Of a DNA stretch of 64,000 nucleotides, positions 30,186 through 39,456 are shown piece by piece; the first letter of the stretch is position 1; each line of letters opens with the position of its first letter. The notes beneath the pieces were generated by a model that saw only the letters and a program-made list of their open reading frames with translations, made no database searches and was not told the DNA's origin. The DNA lies in the NCBI GenBank assembly GCA_044229975.1, contig JBGARZ010000007.1, positions 1-64,000 on the forward strand. Reading direction: 5' to 3'. This DNA is from Polyangiales bacterium. Its GTDB lineage: Bacteria; Myxococcota_A; Polyangia; Polyangiales; Ga0077539. The position numbers were made by a program, and so were the translations under genes.

Positions 30186-31694
30186 TTACACCCCGTAGTA
30201 CTCGTGGGCCTTGCGTCGCAGGTGCTTGAGCAGCGGCTCGACGGAGGGCGCCGCGCCCGTCGCGCGGGTGATGAGCTCCTGCGGGCGGTACCGCTGGCCG
30301 TGGCGGTGGACCTTGTCGCGCAGCCACTCGCGCAGCGGCGCAAACTCCCCGCGCTCGAAGCTCGCGTCGAGGTCGCCGAGGTCGCGCCCCGCCGCCTCGA
30401 AGAGCTGCGCCGAGAACACGTTGCCCAGGGTGTACGTGGAGAAGTACCCGAGGGCGCCGCCGCTCCAGTGCACGTCCTGGAGGCAGCCGCGCTCGTCCGA
30501 CGAGGGTCGGATGCCGAGCAGCTCGTGGAGCTTGTCGCCCCACGCGGCGGGGACGTCTGCGGCCTTGAGCGAGCCGTCCATGAGGGCTTGTTCGAGCTCG
30601 AAGCGCAGCAGGATGTGGAGGTTGTACGTGGCCTCGTCGGCCTCGACGCGAATCTCCGACGGGCGGATGCCGTTGATGGCCGCCACGAACTCGTCCTCGC
30701 TCACACCGCCGAGCGCGCCCGGAAAGGCGGCCTGCGCCTTCGGGTAGAAGAAGCGCCAGAACGACCGGCTGCGCCCCACGAGGTTCTCCCAGAAGCGCGA
30801 CTGCGACTCGTGCACGCCGAGCGAGACGGCCTCGCCGAGGGGCGTTCCGTAGTGCTTGCCGGGGAGGCCCTGCTCGTAGAGCGCGTGCCCGGTCTCGTGC
30901 ATCACCCCGAAGAACGCATCACTGAAACGGTTGGCGTGGTAGCGCGTGGTGATGCGCGAATCGCCGGGCCCGAGGGTGCTGGAGAAGGGGTGCACGCTCA
31001 CGTCGAGCCGACCGCGCTCGAAGTCGTAGCCGAGGAGCTTCGCCGCCTCGCGACCGAGCGCCTCCTGCGCGCCCACCGGGAAGTCTCGCGCGAGGATGTC
31101 GCTCGGAACGCTTCGCCCCGACGACATCACCCGCCCCACGAGGTCGACCAGCGGGGCTCGCAGCGCGCCGAAGACCTCACGCAAGTGCGCGGTGGTCTCG
31201 CCCGGCTCGAACTCGTCGACGAGCACGTCGTACGCGCTCTGCCCCGGCGCCGCGACGCACGCGGCCTGCTGCTGCTTGAGGGCGATGATCTTCGTGAGCC
31301 ACGGGGTGAAGCGCGACGGGTCGTTGGCCTTGCGCGCGTCGGCCCACGCGTGGTGGGCGAGCGTGGTGGTGCGGGTGATCTCTTCGACGAGCGCGCCGGG
31401 GAGCTTCACGTTGCGGTCGTAGTTTCGACGCGCCTGCCGCAGCAACGCGGCGGCTTCGCTGTCGGGCTCGGCGTGGGATAGTTCGTGCTCGGCCGCCGCG
31501 AGGGCGTCGCCGAAGGACGTGGCGGTGTGCTTGGAGTGCGCGGTGCGGGCGAGCCACGCCTTCTGCTCGGCGCGGTACTCGGCGCCGCCGGGCGGCATCA
31601 CCACCTGCTCGTCCCACTCCAGCACCCAGACCACGGAGTTCACCAGGGCGACTTCGCGCAGGGAGGCGAGGAGGTGTTCGTATCGTTCGTTCAT
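30186..31694 (-). CDS. M32 carboxypeptidase (Taq-type)
   Basis: HPF, HETGHALYEQ, HESQS, IRVEADE, GCLQDVHW. Confidence 0.96.
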   Translation of the reverse strand: MNERYEHLLASLREVALVNSVVWVLEWDEQVVMPPGGAEYRAEQKAWLARTAHSKHTATSFGDALAAAEHELSHAEPDSEAAALLRQARRNYDRNVKLPGALVEEITRTTTLAHHAWADARKANDPSRFTPWLTKIIALKQQQAACVAAPGQSAYDVLVDEFEPGETTAHLREVFGALRAPLVDLVGRVMSSGRSVPSDILARDFPVGAQEALGREAAKLLGYDFERGRLDVSVHPFSSTLGPGDSRITTRYHANRFSDAFFGVMHETGHALYEQGLPGKHYGTPLGEAVSLGVHESQSRFWENLVGRSRSFWRFFYPKAQAAFPGALGGVSEDEFVAAINGIRPSEIRVEADEATYNLHILLRFELEQALMDGSLKAADVPAAWGDKLHELLGIRPSSDERGCLQDVHWSGGALGYFSTYTLGNVFSAQLFEAAGRDLGDLDASFERGEFAPLREWLRDKVHRHGQRYRPQELITRATGAAPSVEPLLKHLRRKAHEYYGV

Positions 31695-31801
31695 GGGGCC
31701 GCGCAGTGAACACCAGATCGGGAGGAGCATCCAGACCGGACGCGCTCGCCAGTCGCTGGCATTTTCACCACACCGTCTGGTAATGGCCCGGGCCATCCAT
31801 C

Positions 31802-33136
31802 ATGCGCGTCATGAAGTTCGGCGGGACCTCCGTCGGCGATCCCACCCGCATCGCCAACCTTTGCGACATCGTCAGCCGCACGCTGCCCCTGCGACCCGTC
31901 GTGGTCGTGAGCGCGGCGTCGAAGGTCACCGACATGCTCCTCACCGCGGCCCGCCATGCCAGGGACGGGCGCGTCGACCCGGAGCCCGTCGAAGACCGCG
32001 TCGTGGCCCTGCTCACCGCCTTCGGGCTCGACACCAGCCTCGTCGCGCAGGAGTTCGAGGGGCTGCGTCACGCGCTCGAAGCCATCGCGGCGCGGCGCGA
32101 GTCGACCCCCGAGCTGCTCGATGCCGTGGCGTCGTTTGGTGAGCGCATCTCGGTGCGAAGCACGGCGGCGGTGCTCCGGAAGCGCGGCGTCGAGGCCGTG
32201 CACGTCGACGCCTTCGACCTCGGCATGGTCACCGACGCAAACTTCGGCGGGGCCGAACCGCTCGCCGAGAGCGCCGACCTCCTGCGCGCGGGCGTCGCGG
32301 CGCTGGTCGACGCGGGCAAGGTTCCGGTGGTGACGGGCTTCATCGGGCGCACGCTCGACGGGCGCGTGACGACGCTCGGTCGCGGCGGCAGCGACTACTC
32401 CGCGGCCATCATCGGCGCGGCCATCCACGCCGACGAGATCGAGATCTGGACGGACGTCCCCGGCGTGATGTCGGCCGACCCGCGGGTGGCGCCCGACGCG
32501 CGCACCATCCCGGTGCTGTCCTTTCACGAGGCGGCCGAGCTCGCGTACTTCGGCGCGAAGGTGCTGCACCCCAAGACCATCCACCCCGCCGTGCAGCGCG
32601 GCATCCCCGTGCGCGTGAAGAACACCTTCCAGCCCGATCACCCCGGCACGGTCATCACCGCCGAGGGCGACAGCGCGGCCCACGGCGCGCGCGCGCTCGC
32701 CCACAAGCGCGGCATCCGCACGGTCAACATCGTCTCCACCCGCATGCTCCTGGCGCACGGCTTCCTCGCGAAGATCTTCGAGGTCTTCGCGCGGCACCGG
32801 GTGGTGGTCGACCTCGTGAGCACGAGCGAGGTCTCGGTGAGCTGCACCGTCGACAAGGAGGACGGCCTCGAAGACGCCGTGCGCGAGCTGCGGACCTACG
32901 GCGAGGTCACCGTGCGGCGCGACCAGGCCCTGGTGTGCGTGGTCGCGGCGGGTCTGTTGGATGACCCGAAGCCCTGCGCGCGCGTCTTCGCCGTGCTGGC
33001 CGAGGAGAACATCCCCGCGCAGCTCCTCTCCATGGGCGCGAGCGCCATCAACCTGAGTCTGCTGGTGCCCGACGAGCACGGCGAGCGCGCGGTGCGGGCG
33101 CTACACCGGGCGCTCTTCGCGGCGGTGGAGTCGTGA
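31802..33136 (+). CDS. lysC: Aspartate kinase
   Basis: VMKFGGTSV, TTLGRGGSDYSA, WTDVPGVMSADPR, C-terminal ACT domains. Confidence 0.95.
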   Translation: MRVMKFGGTSVGDPTRIANLCDIVSRTLPLRPVVVVSAASKVTDMLLTAARHARDGRVDPEPVEDRVVALLTAFGLDTSLVAQEFEGLRHALEAIAARRESTPELLDAVASFGERISVRSTAAVLRKRGVEAVHVDAFDLGMVTDANFGGAEPLAESADLLRAGVAALVDAGKVPVVTGFIGRTLDGRVTTLGRGGSDYSAAIIGAAIHADEIEIWTDVPGVMSADPRVAPDARTIPVLSFHEAAELAYFGAKVLHPKTIHPAVQRGIPVRVKNTFQPDHPGTVITAEGDSAAHGARALAHKRGIRTVNIVSTRMLLAHGFLAKIFEVFARHRVVVDLVSTSEVSVSCTVDKEDGLEDAVRELRTYGEVTVRRDQALVCVVAAGLLDDPKPCARVFAVLAEENIPAQLLSMGASAINLSLLVPDEHGERAVRALHRALFAAVES

Positions 33137-34359
33137 ACACCCCGTGGCACTCGTGGCTCGGCCCGCGTCGCGCGCGTCGGCTGTGTGAGCGCTTCGGGTC
33201 GCCGCTCTACGCGTACTCGGCGCCGGTGATTCGCAACCGCTGCCGGGCGCTGTTGCGGGCGTTTCCGGGGGTCGGTCTGCGCTACGCGATGAAGGCCAAC
33301 AGCAACCCGTCGCTGCTGCGCATCATCCGCTCGATGGGGCTCGGGGCGGACACGGTCTCGCCGTGGGAGGTTCAGCTCGCGCTGGAGGCTGGGTTTCGCA
33401 AGGCGGAGCTCGTGTACTCGGGCAACAACCCCAGCGACGACGACCTGCGCGCGGTGCATCGCGCGGGGGTGCTCATCAACCTCGATGCGCTGTCCGCGCT
33501 GCACCGGTACGGGCGGATGTTTCGCAACGCGCGGGTGTCGCTGCGGGTCAACCTGGAGGTCGGCGGCGGGCATCACCCGCACGTCGTGACCGCGGGGCCC
33601 GACAGCAAGTTCGGTCTTGCGGCGGAGGATCTCCCCGAGGCCCGCTCCATCGCCGCGCGCTTCGGGATGAAGATCGTCGGCCTGCACCAGCACATCGGCT
33701 CTGGGATCTTCGACCCGCAGCTCTTCCTCGACGCCCTCGACCCGCTGCTGGCGCTCGCGGATGTGTTGCCCGATCTGGAGGTGTTCGACGCGGGCGGTGG
33801 GTTCGGGGTTCCGTACCGGCCGGAGGAGTCGCCGCTCGACCTCGCGGGGCTCGGGACGCGCGTGATGGCGCGGCTGCGCGCGATGCAGAAGGGCCGCAAG
33901 AAGCCGCTGCGCTTCGTGATGGAGCCGGGGCGCTACGTGGTGGCCGAGTCGGGCGCGCTGCTCACGCAGGTGACGACGCTCAAGCGCACGCGCGATCGGG
34001 TTTTCATCGGGGTCGACTCGGGGATGCACCACCTCATCCGACCCGCGCTGTACCAGTCGTATCACCCGGTGTGCATGGTTCCGGAGCGCGACGGGGCGGC
34101 GCTGCGGAGCTTCATCGTGGGGCCCATCTGCGAGAGCGGCGACGTGCTCGCCGAGGAGCGGATGATCCCGATGCCCGAGGAGGGCGACCTGGTGATCGTC
34201 GGCAACGCGGGCGCGTACGGCTTCGCGATGGCGTCGCACTACAACCTGCGGGCGCGGCCGGCGGAGGTGCTCGTCGACCGCGGCAAGGTGTCGCTCATCC
34301 GCGCGCGGGAGAGCTACCGCGACGTGATCCGGCGGCGCGACCTGCGGGCGAAGCGGTAG
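33133..34359 (+). CDS. lysA: Diaminopimelate decarboxylase
   Basis: YAMKANSN, SKFG, HIGS, EPGRY, GPICESGD, GAYG. Confidence 0.94.
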   Translation: MNTPWHSWLGPRRARRLCERFGSPLYAYSAPVIRNRCRALLRAFPGVGLRYAMKANSNPSLLRIIRSMGLGADTVSPWEVQLALEAGFRKAELVYSGNNPSDDDLRAVHRAGVLINLDALSALHRYGRMFRNARVSLRVNLEVGGGHHPHVVTAGPDSKFGLAAEDLPEARSIAARFGMKIVGLHQHIGSGIFDPQLFLDALDPLLALADVLPDLEVFDAGGGFGVPYRPEESPLDLAGLGTRVMARLRAMQKGRKKPLRFVMEPGRYVVAESGALLTQVTTLKRTRDRVFIGVDSGMHHLIRPALYQSYHPVCMVPERDGAALRSFIVGPICESGDVLAEERMIPMPEEGDLVIVGNAGAYGFAMASHYNLRARPAEVLVDRGKVSLIRARESYRDVIRRRDLRAKR

Positions 34360-34382
34360 AGTCGGCGCAGAGGAGAGCGGCG

Positions 34383-35654
34383 ATGTACTTCGGGTTGTTC
34401 AACGCGGCGGAGACCAACCCGGGGCTCTTCGTCAACCGCGAGGCGGAGTGTCGCTGGCTCTCACAGAGCATGCTGGCGTGGCTCGCGCGACCGAAGGACG
34501 CGACCGTGAAGCAGTCGTGGTGCGTGCACGGCTCCAAGGGCAGCGGGAAGACCATCTACGCGCGCAAGGTGCTCGGCGACGTCCAGAGGGAGGCGCCGCA
34601 GCATCTGAAGAACACGCTCTTCCTGGAGGTGGACTGCCGACGGCTCAACAGCAGCCGCGCGGTCTACAACGACGTCGCGATGAGGCTGGTGCGCGAGCTC
34701 GGCCGCCTGAAGGACTCGCGGGTGAAGGTGCCCGAAGAGCTCATCGGGATGTGCCAGGCGTTTCTGGCGTTGACTCGTCTGGAGGGCAACGTCGAGGCGC
34801 AGGTCGCCCACGAAAACCTCGTGCGCTTCCAGGCGGCGCTCGGCGGGAAGACGTCGATGCTGCGGGAGGTGCTGGAGGGTTCGTTCGGGCTGACCTTCGA
34901 GAAGACCGAGAAGAAGACGCAGACGCTGAAGGGGTCGCTGCGCTTCGACGACGCAGGGCTGTGCTCGGCCTTGAAGGCGTACCTGTGCGACCTGCGCGAC
35001 GCGGGTTTCCGGGTGTTGTTGTTTCTGGATAACGTCGACGAGCTTCAGCACGAGTATCGGACCGACGATTCGCGCAACAAGACGCGCGAGCAGGCGGAGT
35101 GGGTGCTGGAGCTGGCGGATGCGCCCATCGCCACGCTGGTGTGCATGCGGAGCTACTTCTCGGGCATCGCACGCACGATCCACAAGCGGGCCCTGCCGCC
35201 GCTCGGAGGCAACCACCTCGTGGGGATCCTGGAGAAGCGCATCAAGCTGGAGTCGAAGGAGATCCAGAAGCAGTTCGCGGAGGAGAGCGGGGTGAAGGTT
35301 GGCACGCATTGGCTGGCCGACCGGGCGCCGACGCCGCTGGCGTATCTCCAGTGGTTTCAGAACCTGGCAGAGCGCGATGCGTGGGAAGCCGAGGCGCGCA
35401 AGAAGGCGGTGCGCGAGGTGATTCGTAGCGAGTACGCCAACGTGCCGTACGAGCTGGTCGAACGGGTGGTGGGGCTCTTCACCAGCGCCGACAGCGAGGT
35501 CGACAGCGACAAGGTGCTCGACGCCTGTGAGAAGAACGCCGCAGACTTCGCGCTGATCCAGGATCGTCAGGTGATCCTGCCGAACGACTTCTGGAACCCG
35601 TCGCGGTTCACGCTCGATCCGCTGCTGTACATCCTGCACCCGTCGCGGGCCTGA
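34383..35654 (+). CDS. P-loop ATPase (AAA+/STAND-like)
   Basis: FVNREAE, Walker A GSKGSGKT, Walker B LLFLDNVDE; AGGAG upstream. Confidence 0.85.
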   Translation: MYFGLFNAAETNPGLFVNREAECRWLSQSMLAWLARPKDATVKQSWCVHGSKGSGKTIYARKVLGDVQREAPQHLKNTLFLEVDCRRLNSSRAVYNDVAMRLVRELGRLKDSRVKVPEELIGMCQAFLALTRLEGNVEAQVAHENLVRFQAALGGKTSMLREVLEGSFGLTFEKTEKKTQTLKGSLRFDDAGLCSALKAYLCDLRDAGFRVLLFLDNVDELQHEYRTDDSRNKTREQAEWVLELADAPIATLVCMRSYFSGIARTIHKRALPPLGGNHLVGILEKRIKLESKEIQKQFAEESGVKVGTHWLADRAPTPLAYLQWFQNLAERDAWEAEARKKAVREVIRSEYANVPYELVERVVGLFTSADSEVDSDKVLDACEKNAADFALIQDRQVILPNDFWNPSRFTLDPLLYILHPSRA

Positions 35655-35669
35655 GCCGGGAGCCGCACC

Positions 35670-37571
35670 GTGTGGATCCTGCCCGCGGAGCTGGGGACGA
35701 TCGCGCTGCCGGATGGGGTGTTGCTGCTGCCGCACCACTACGTGGCGGAGGACCGTGAGCGGCTGCTAGCGCTGCTGCGGGTGGCGCTGCCGGGGTCTCG
35801 GCAACTGGTGGTGGAGGGGGCTGCGCTCGGGGGGCTGATCGAGCGGGGAGTGCGCTGGGAGGGCGGACTCGTGCTGATCCATGGGCTGCCGGCGGACACG
35901 GACGTCGACGGGCTGCGGGGGCTGGTGGCGCCGCTGGGCGCGAAGCACGTATTGGTGCAGTTGCCGAAAGCGCAGTTGGTGGGGACGTCGTGGATGGAGC
36001 CGACGCTGAAGGTGCCGCTGCTGCGAGCGTTGGAGCGGGAGTGGAGGGATCCGGCGCATCCGTTGAGGGGAATCGGGATACACGAGTGTCCATTGAGGGA
36101 GGCGGCGCAGTACACGGATGAACCGGTGGAACTCATGGCTATCGTCACGGCGATGGTGGAGCACCGGATGGCGCACGCGAGTGTGGGGGTGGGGAAGGGG
36201 GATTGGGAGAGGAGCCTGGATCAGTCACTGACCGCGCGGCTAAGACTTCGGTTGCGGCGAACGAGGGGTGATTTAATCGGGTGGTCGGTGGGCACCGCGC
36301 GAGCGTTCCGCGATGAGGCCGAGAGCTGGGTCGCTGCTGGACTGGGGTTCATCGATGATGGTCAGTTCCGACGTTCACCAATCATCACGAGTTTGGAGCG
36401 ATCAGCCGTACGGGTTCGATTCTCGTCGGTCGACGCTGCGCGGAAGGCGCCACATGGAGAAGAACAGCAACGAGCGACCGAACTCTTTCACTTCGCAGCA
36501 GAGTTGTGGCCAATGTCTGTTGCCCTCTTCCCTCCTCTTGGCTCTCGTAAAGTGAAGCTTCGGGCTGCGGTGATCAAAGAGGACGGTCTTCAGAGGCATT
36601 TCCGGTTCGCCCATTTGTTGCTTGATATGTCGGGTAGCCAGCGTGATTGGGTTTCCAGCTCCATCAGTTCTATCGGTCGCGAGGTAGAGGCTGCAACAGG
36701 GCGTGGCCGTGGGGACTTGCTTGCAATGCACGCGTTCCTGCGTGGAATGTCGTCCCAGGGCCCGACAGCGCTTCGCGAGATCGAATCGTGTCTCGACACG
36801 ATGATTCGATCTCACGGCCGTACCCAATGGAGGCATGAAGTCGAAGCTACGCTGGCGCTGTTGTGGACGCTCCGCGCCTGGATACAGAGAGGATCTCTGC
36901 GGGATGCTCAAGGCGCGCATGGCCGAGTTGCAGGTTTGTTGCGTTCTGGAGTGCGCGTCGGTGCTTGGATAGAAGGCGTGAAAGGGAAAGTCGCTGAACA
37001 ACTCTCGTGCGCGCTTGAGAATCGGCCCGCGGGCGACGTGCTTTCTCTCGTCGGGTCGGGGGCTTCGTATACTGATGAGATGCGCCTTCCGGGGTGGGTC
37101 GAGCCCAGCTACGAGGACGTTCGAGGCATCTACGCACTTCGGCTGGCCTGGGTGGACCTTTGGCGCTCCAACCTCTCTAGGGCGATTCGAGTTACGGCAC
37201 GCCTCGACGATCCGGGCGAAGTGCCAATCACTGTCGAGCACCTGCACGGTTACCTGACGGGCGGGGTCGCCGCTCTTGCCGTGAGCGACCTCGACACCGC
37301 CTCTCAGCGGGCTCATCAGGTCCTCGACCTCGCCACCCGCTACGAGATCCCTATGCTGCGCGCCTTCGCTCGCGAGCTGCTCGCCGCCGTCCACGAACTC
37401 CGTGGCGAGTACGACGTCGCCGCCAAGCTCCTCTTCCAGGCGCGCTCCCGCTACATCGCGCTCGAAGACCGCTCGCGCATTCTCGGCGTCGAGAAGCGCC
37501 TCGCCCGCATGGGCATCACCTACGACCCGTTCGGCTCTCCTCGCCGCAAGCGCGCGCCGCGCTCCAGCTGA
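35670..37571 (+). CDS. Hypothetical protein with helical (TPR-like) C-terminus and low-GC core
   Basis: 633-aa ORF starting 15 bp after the ATPase stop; C-terminal LAAVHELRGEYDVAAKLLFQA. Confidence 0.68.
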   Translation: MWILPAELGTIALPDGVLLLPHHYVAEDRERLLALLRVALPGSRQLVVEGAALGGLIERGVRWEGGLVLIHGLPADTDVDGLRGLVAPLGAKHVLVQLPKAQLVGTSWMEPTLKVPLLRALEREWRDPAHPLRGIGIHECPLREAAQYTDEPVELMAIVTAMVEHRMAHASVGVGKGDWERSLDQSLTARLRLRLRRTRGDLIGWSVGTARAFRDEAESWVAAGLGFIDDGQFRRSPIITSLERSAVRVRFSSVDAARKAPHGEEQQRATELFHFAAELWPMSVALFPPLGSRKVKLRAAVIKEDGLQRHFRFAHLLLDMSGSQRDWVSSSISSIGREVEAATGRGRGDLLAMHAFLRGMSSQGPTALREIESCLDTMIRSHGRTQWRHEVEATLALLWTLRAWIQRGSLRDAQGAHGRVAGLLRSGVRVGAWIEGVKGKVAEQLSCALENRPAGDVLSLVGSGASYTDEMRLPGWVEPSYEDVRGIYALRLAWVDLWRSNLSRAIRVTARLDDPGEVPITVEHLHGYLTGGVAALAVSDLDTASQRAHQVLDLATRYEIPMLRAFARELLAAVHELRGEYDVAAKLLFQARSRYIALEDRSRILGVEKRLARMGITYDPFGSPRRKRAPRSS

Positions 37572-37641
37572 CCTGTCCGTGACAGGTAATGTCCTGCCTC
37601 GTTTGCCGAGGTCGACGCTGCGCGGTAGGGCATCGCCCGCC

Positions 37642-38562
37642 ATGCCGGGGCCTGCACACGAGATGATGGTGAGGGTGCTCAAGGAGCATCCTGACTGGTT
37701 CAACCTGCTGCTGAAGACGCTGAAGCTGAAGACGCTGCGGCGGGGCTTGAAGCTCGCGGACACGGCGCTCCAGAAGGTCGTCACCATCGAGCGACGCCCC
37801 GACACGTTCTGGCTCGAACCGGGCGTGTCGTGGGCGCTCGTCGAGGTGCAGAACGACAAGAAGGACGAGAAGGTGGGCTCGTGGATCGTGACCGTGGCGA
37901 TGCTCGTCGCCGAGCACGGCGTGATGGGCGACCTCTTCGTGGTGACGGCCGACCGCGCCGTCGCGGCGCACGCGCGGGCGGAGCTCACCTTGGCGGCCCG
38001 ACATGGGACCCGCCTGCACCTCGATCCCGTGGTGGTGCTGCTCACCGAGTACGAGGCGCGGACGCTGCTCGCGACGGGTCGACCCGAACTGGCCTTCTTC
38101 GCCGCGTGGGCCGTGCGTCACCGTCGCGGCGCGGTCGCGAAGGAGATCGTACACGAGGCCATCGCGCTGACCGATCGTGCGGAGGACGCCGGCTTGCGGA
38201 CCGCGCAGGTACAGGCAATTCTCAACGTGCTCGGCGCCCCGCTGCTGGAACTGTTCAAGGAGATGATGATGAACCTCGATGACATGCCCGAGAGCGAGGC
38301 GTTCCGTGAGCTGCGACTACTGATGGAGGCTCGCGGTGAAGCGCGAGGCGAGGCTCGCGGTGAAGCCCGCGGCGAAGCCCGCGGCGAAGCACGTGGTGAG
38401 GCCCGGATGCTGCTCCAGTTGCTCACGGTGCGCGGCATCGACGTAGACGAAGCCTTCCGCGCCCGCGTGATGGACTGCGACGACCGCGCGTTGCTCGAAC
38501 GCTGGCACGCGCGAGCGATCACGGCGCAGTCGCTTGCTGAGGTGGTCGTCGACGATCGTTGA
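37642..38562 (+). CDS. Rpn/YhgA-like PD-(D/E)xK-family protein with EARG repeats
   Basis: ERRPD...LVEVQ N-terminal motif; (EARG)6; C-terminal LLQLLTVRG...CDDRALLERW. Confidence 0.75.
   Translation: MPGPAHEMMVRVLKEHPDWFNLLLKTLKLKTLRRGLKLADTALQKVVTIERRPDTFWLEPGVSWALVEVQNDKKDEKVGSWIVTVAMLVAEHGVMGDLFVVTADRAVAAHARAELTLAARHGTRLHLDPVVVLLTEYEARTLLATGRPELAFFAAWAVRHRRGAVAKEIVHEAIALTDRAEDAGLRTAQVQAILNVLGAPLLELFKEMMMNLDDMPESEAFRELRLLMEARGEARGEARGEARGEARGEARGEARMLLQLLTVRGIDVDEAFRARVMDCDDRALLERWHARAITAQSLAEVVVDDR
38326..38406 (+). repeat. 12-bp coding tandem repeat, (EARG)6 + EAR
   Basis: GAGGCTCGCGGT / GAAGCCCGCGGC variants in tandem. Confidence 0.9.
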
Positions 38563-39281
38563 GCCGCGAGCTACCGCGTCGATGCCGTACCGCGAAGGAC
38601 AACCCCGGCCGCCTTCACCACCGCCGCCACGACCGCGCGACTTTCGCCTCGCGACGAGGACCGCTTGGTTCATCGTCCTCGGGCTGTGATCCGTTGGCTG
38701 ATGCCGGGGACGCCCGCTCCGCCCGCGTCGAGGGTCGATCGCTCCCAAGCCCGCTGGGTGGCTGGGTCTTCGTCACCAGCGGCGGTGACGTCGCGCGCAC
38801 GGATACCTTTCTCGGTACTCCAAGGCCGCTCGGACTGCTCCGTTGTGGCTTCCACACCGACCGCGCCGCCGTGGGTCGCGTGGCTCTCGTCGACCCGACC
38901 GGAGCGTTGTGGACCACCGACGGCACGGCTCCTCCGACCCGCGCACCGCTCGACCAACCGGCGCGCTCCGCGATCTTCGCCGACGCTCGCTGGGGTGCCG
39001 TCGTGCTCGCCGATGGCCAGGTGCTCCTGACCGCGGACGGCGCGCGAACATGGTCGCCGTTTGGCCTCGCGGGCGACGTCGCCTGGGACGCCTTCCACGG
39101 AACCCTCGGCCCGACCCTCCAGACGACCGCGGGGTCACTGCTGCTGGCAGCGTCTGACGTCCCGCGACATCGACCCGACGCGCGACGCCTCACGCCGGGC
39201 GAGGGGCAGACGCTCGTGGCCAACCCCCGCGGTGACGACTTCGACCCGGGTGGCCCGGTGTCCTGTCGACCAATGCGATGA
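38559..39281 (+). CDS. Hypothetical protein or fragment with an Asp-box-like motif
   Basis: VLLTADGARTW; start uncertain; ends immediately before hairpin copy 2. Confidence 0.4.
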   Translation: MSRELPRRCRTAKDNPGRLHHRRHDRATFASRRGPLGSSSSGCDPLADAGDARSARVEGRSLPSPLGGWVFVTSGGDVARTDTFLGTPRPLGLLRCGFHTDRAAVGRVALVDPTGALWTTDGTAPPTRAPLDQPARSAIFADARWGAVVLADGQVLLTADGARTWSPFGLAGDVAWDAFHGTLGPTLQTTAGSLLLAASDVPRHRPDARRLTPGEGQTLVANPRGDDFDPGGPVSCRPMR

Positions 39282-39304
39282 CCTGGTGCCGCGTTGCAGG
39301 AGGT

Positions 39305-39444
39305 CTGACGGGTTGGAGAAGTCGCCAGGGCGCAAGGGTCGCAAGGACGAGATGAGATGAGGATGAGTCGCTCGTGGGGCCTGCAAGGCTTCTTGTGCTC
39401 GCCCTTGCGCCCCGTGCGCCCTGGCGACTTCTCCAACCCGTCAG
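39305..39444. repeat. Hairpin element, copy 2
   Basis: 42-bp arms 39305-39346 / 39403-39444 (2 mismatches) with the CGCAAGG core. Confidence 0.85.
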
Positions 39445-39456
39445 CCCCCTACGGTG

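Noticed and set aside
31695..31801. Lysine riboswitch upstream of lysC
   Set aside because: The gap is only about 107 bp, shared with a divergent gene, and shows no recognisable aptamer motifs
33363..34382. N-terminal extension of the ATPase ORF
   Set aside because: Out-of-frame overlap with lysA; an RBS and ATG at 34383 give a natural start
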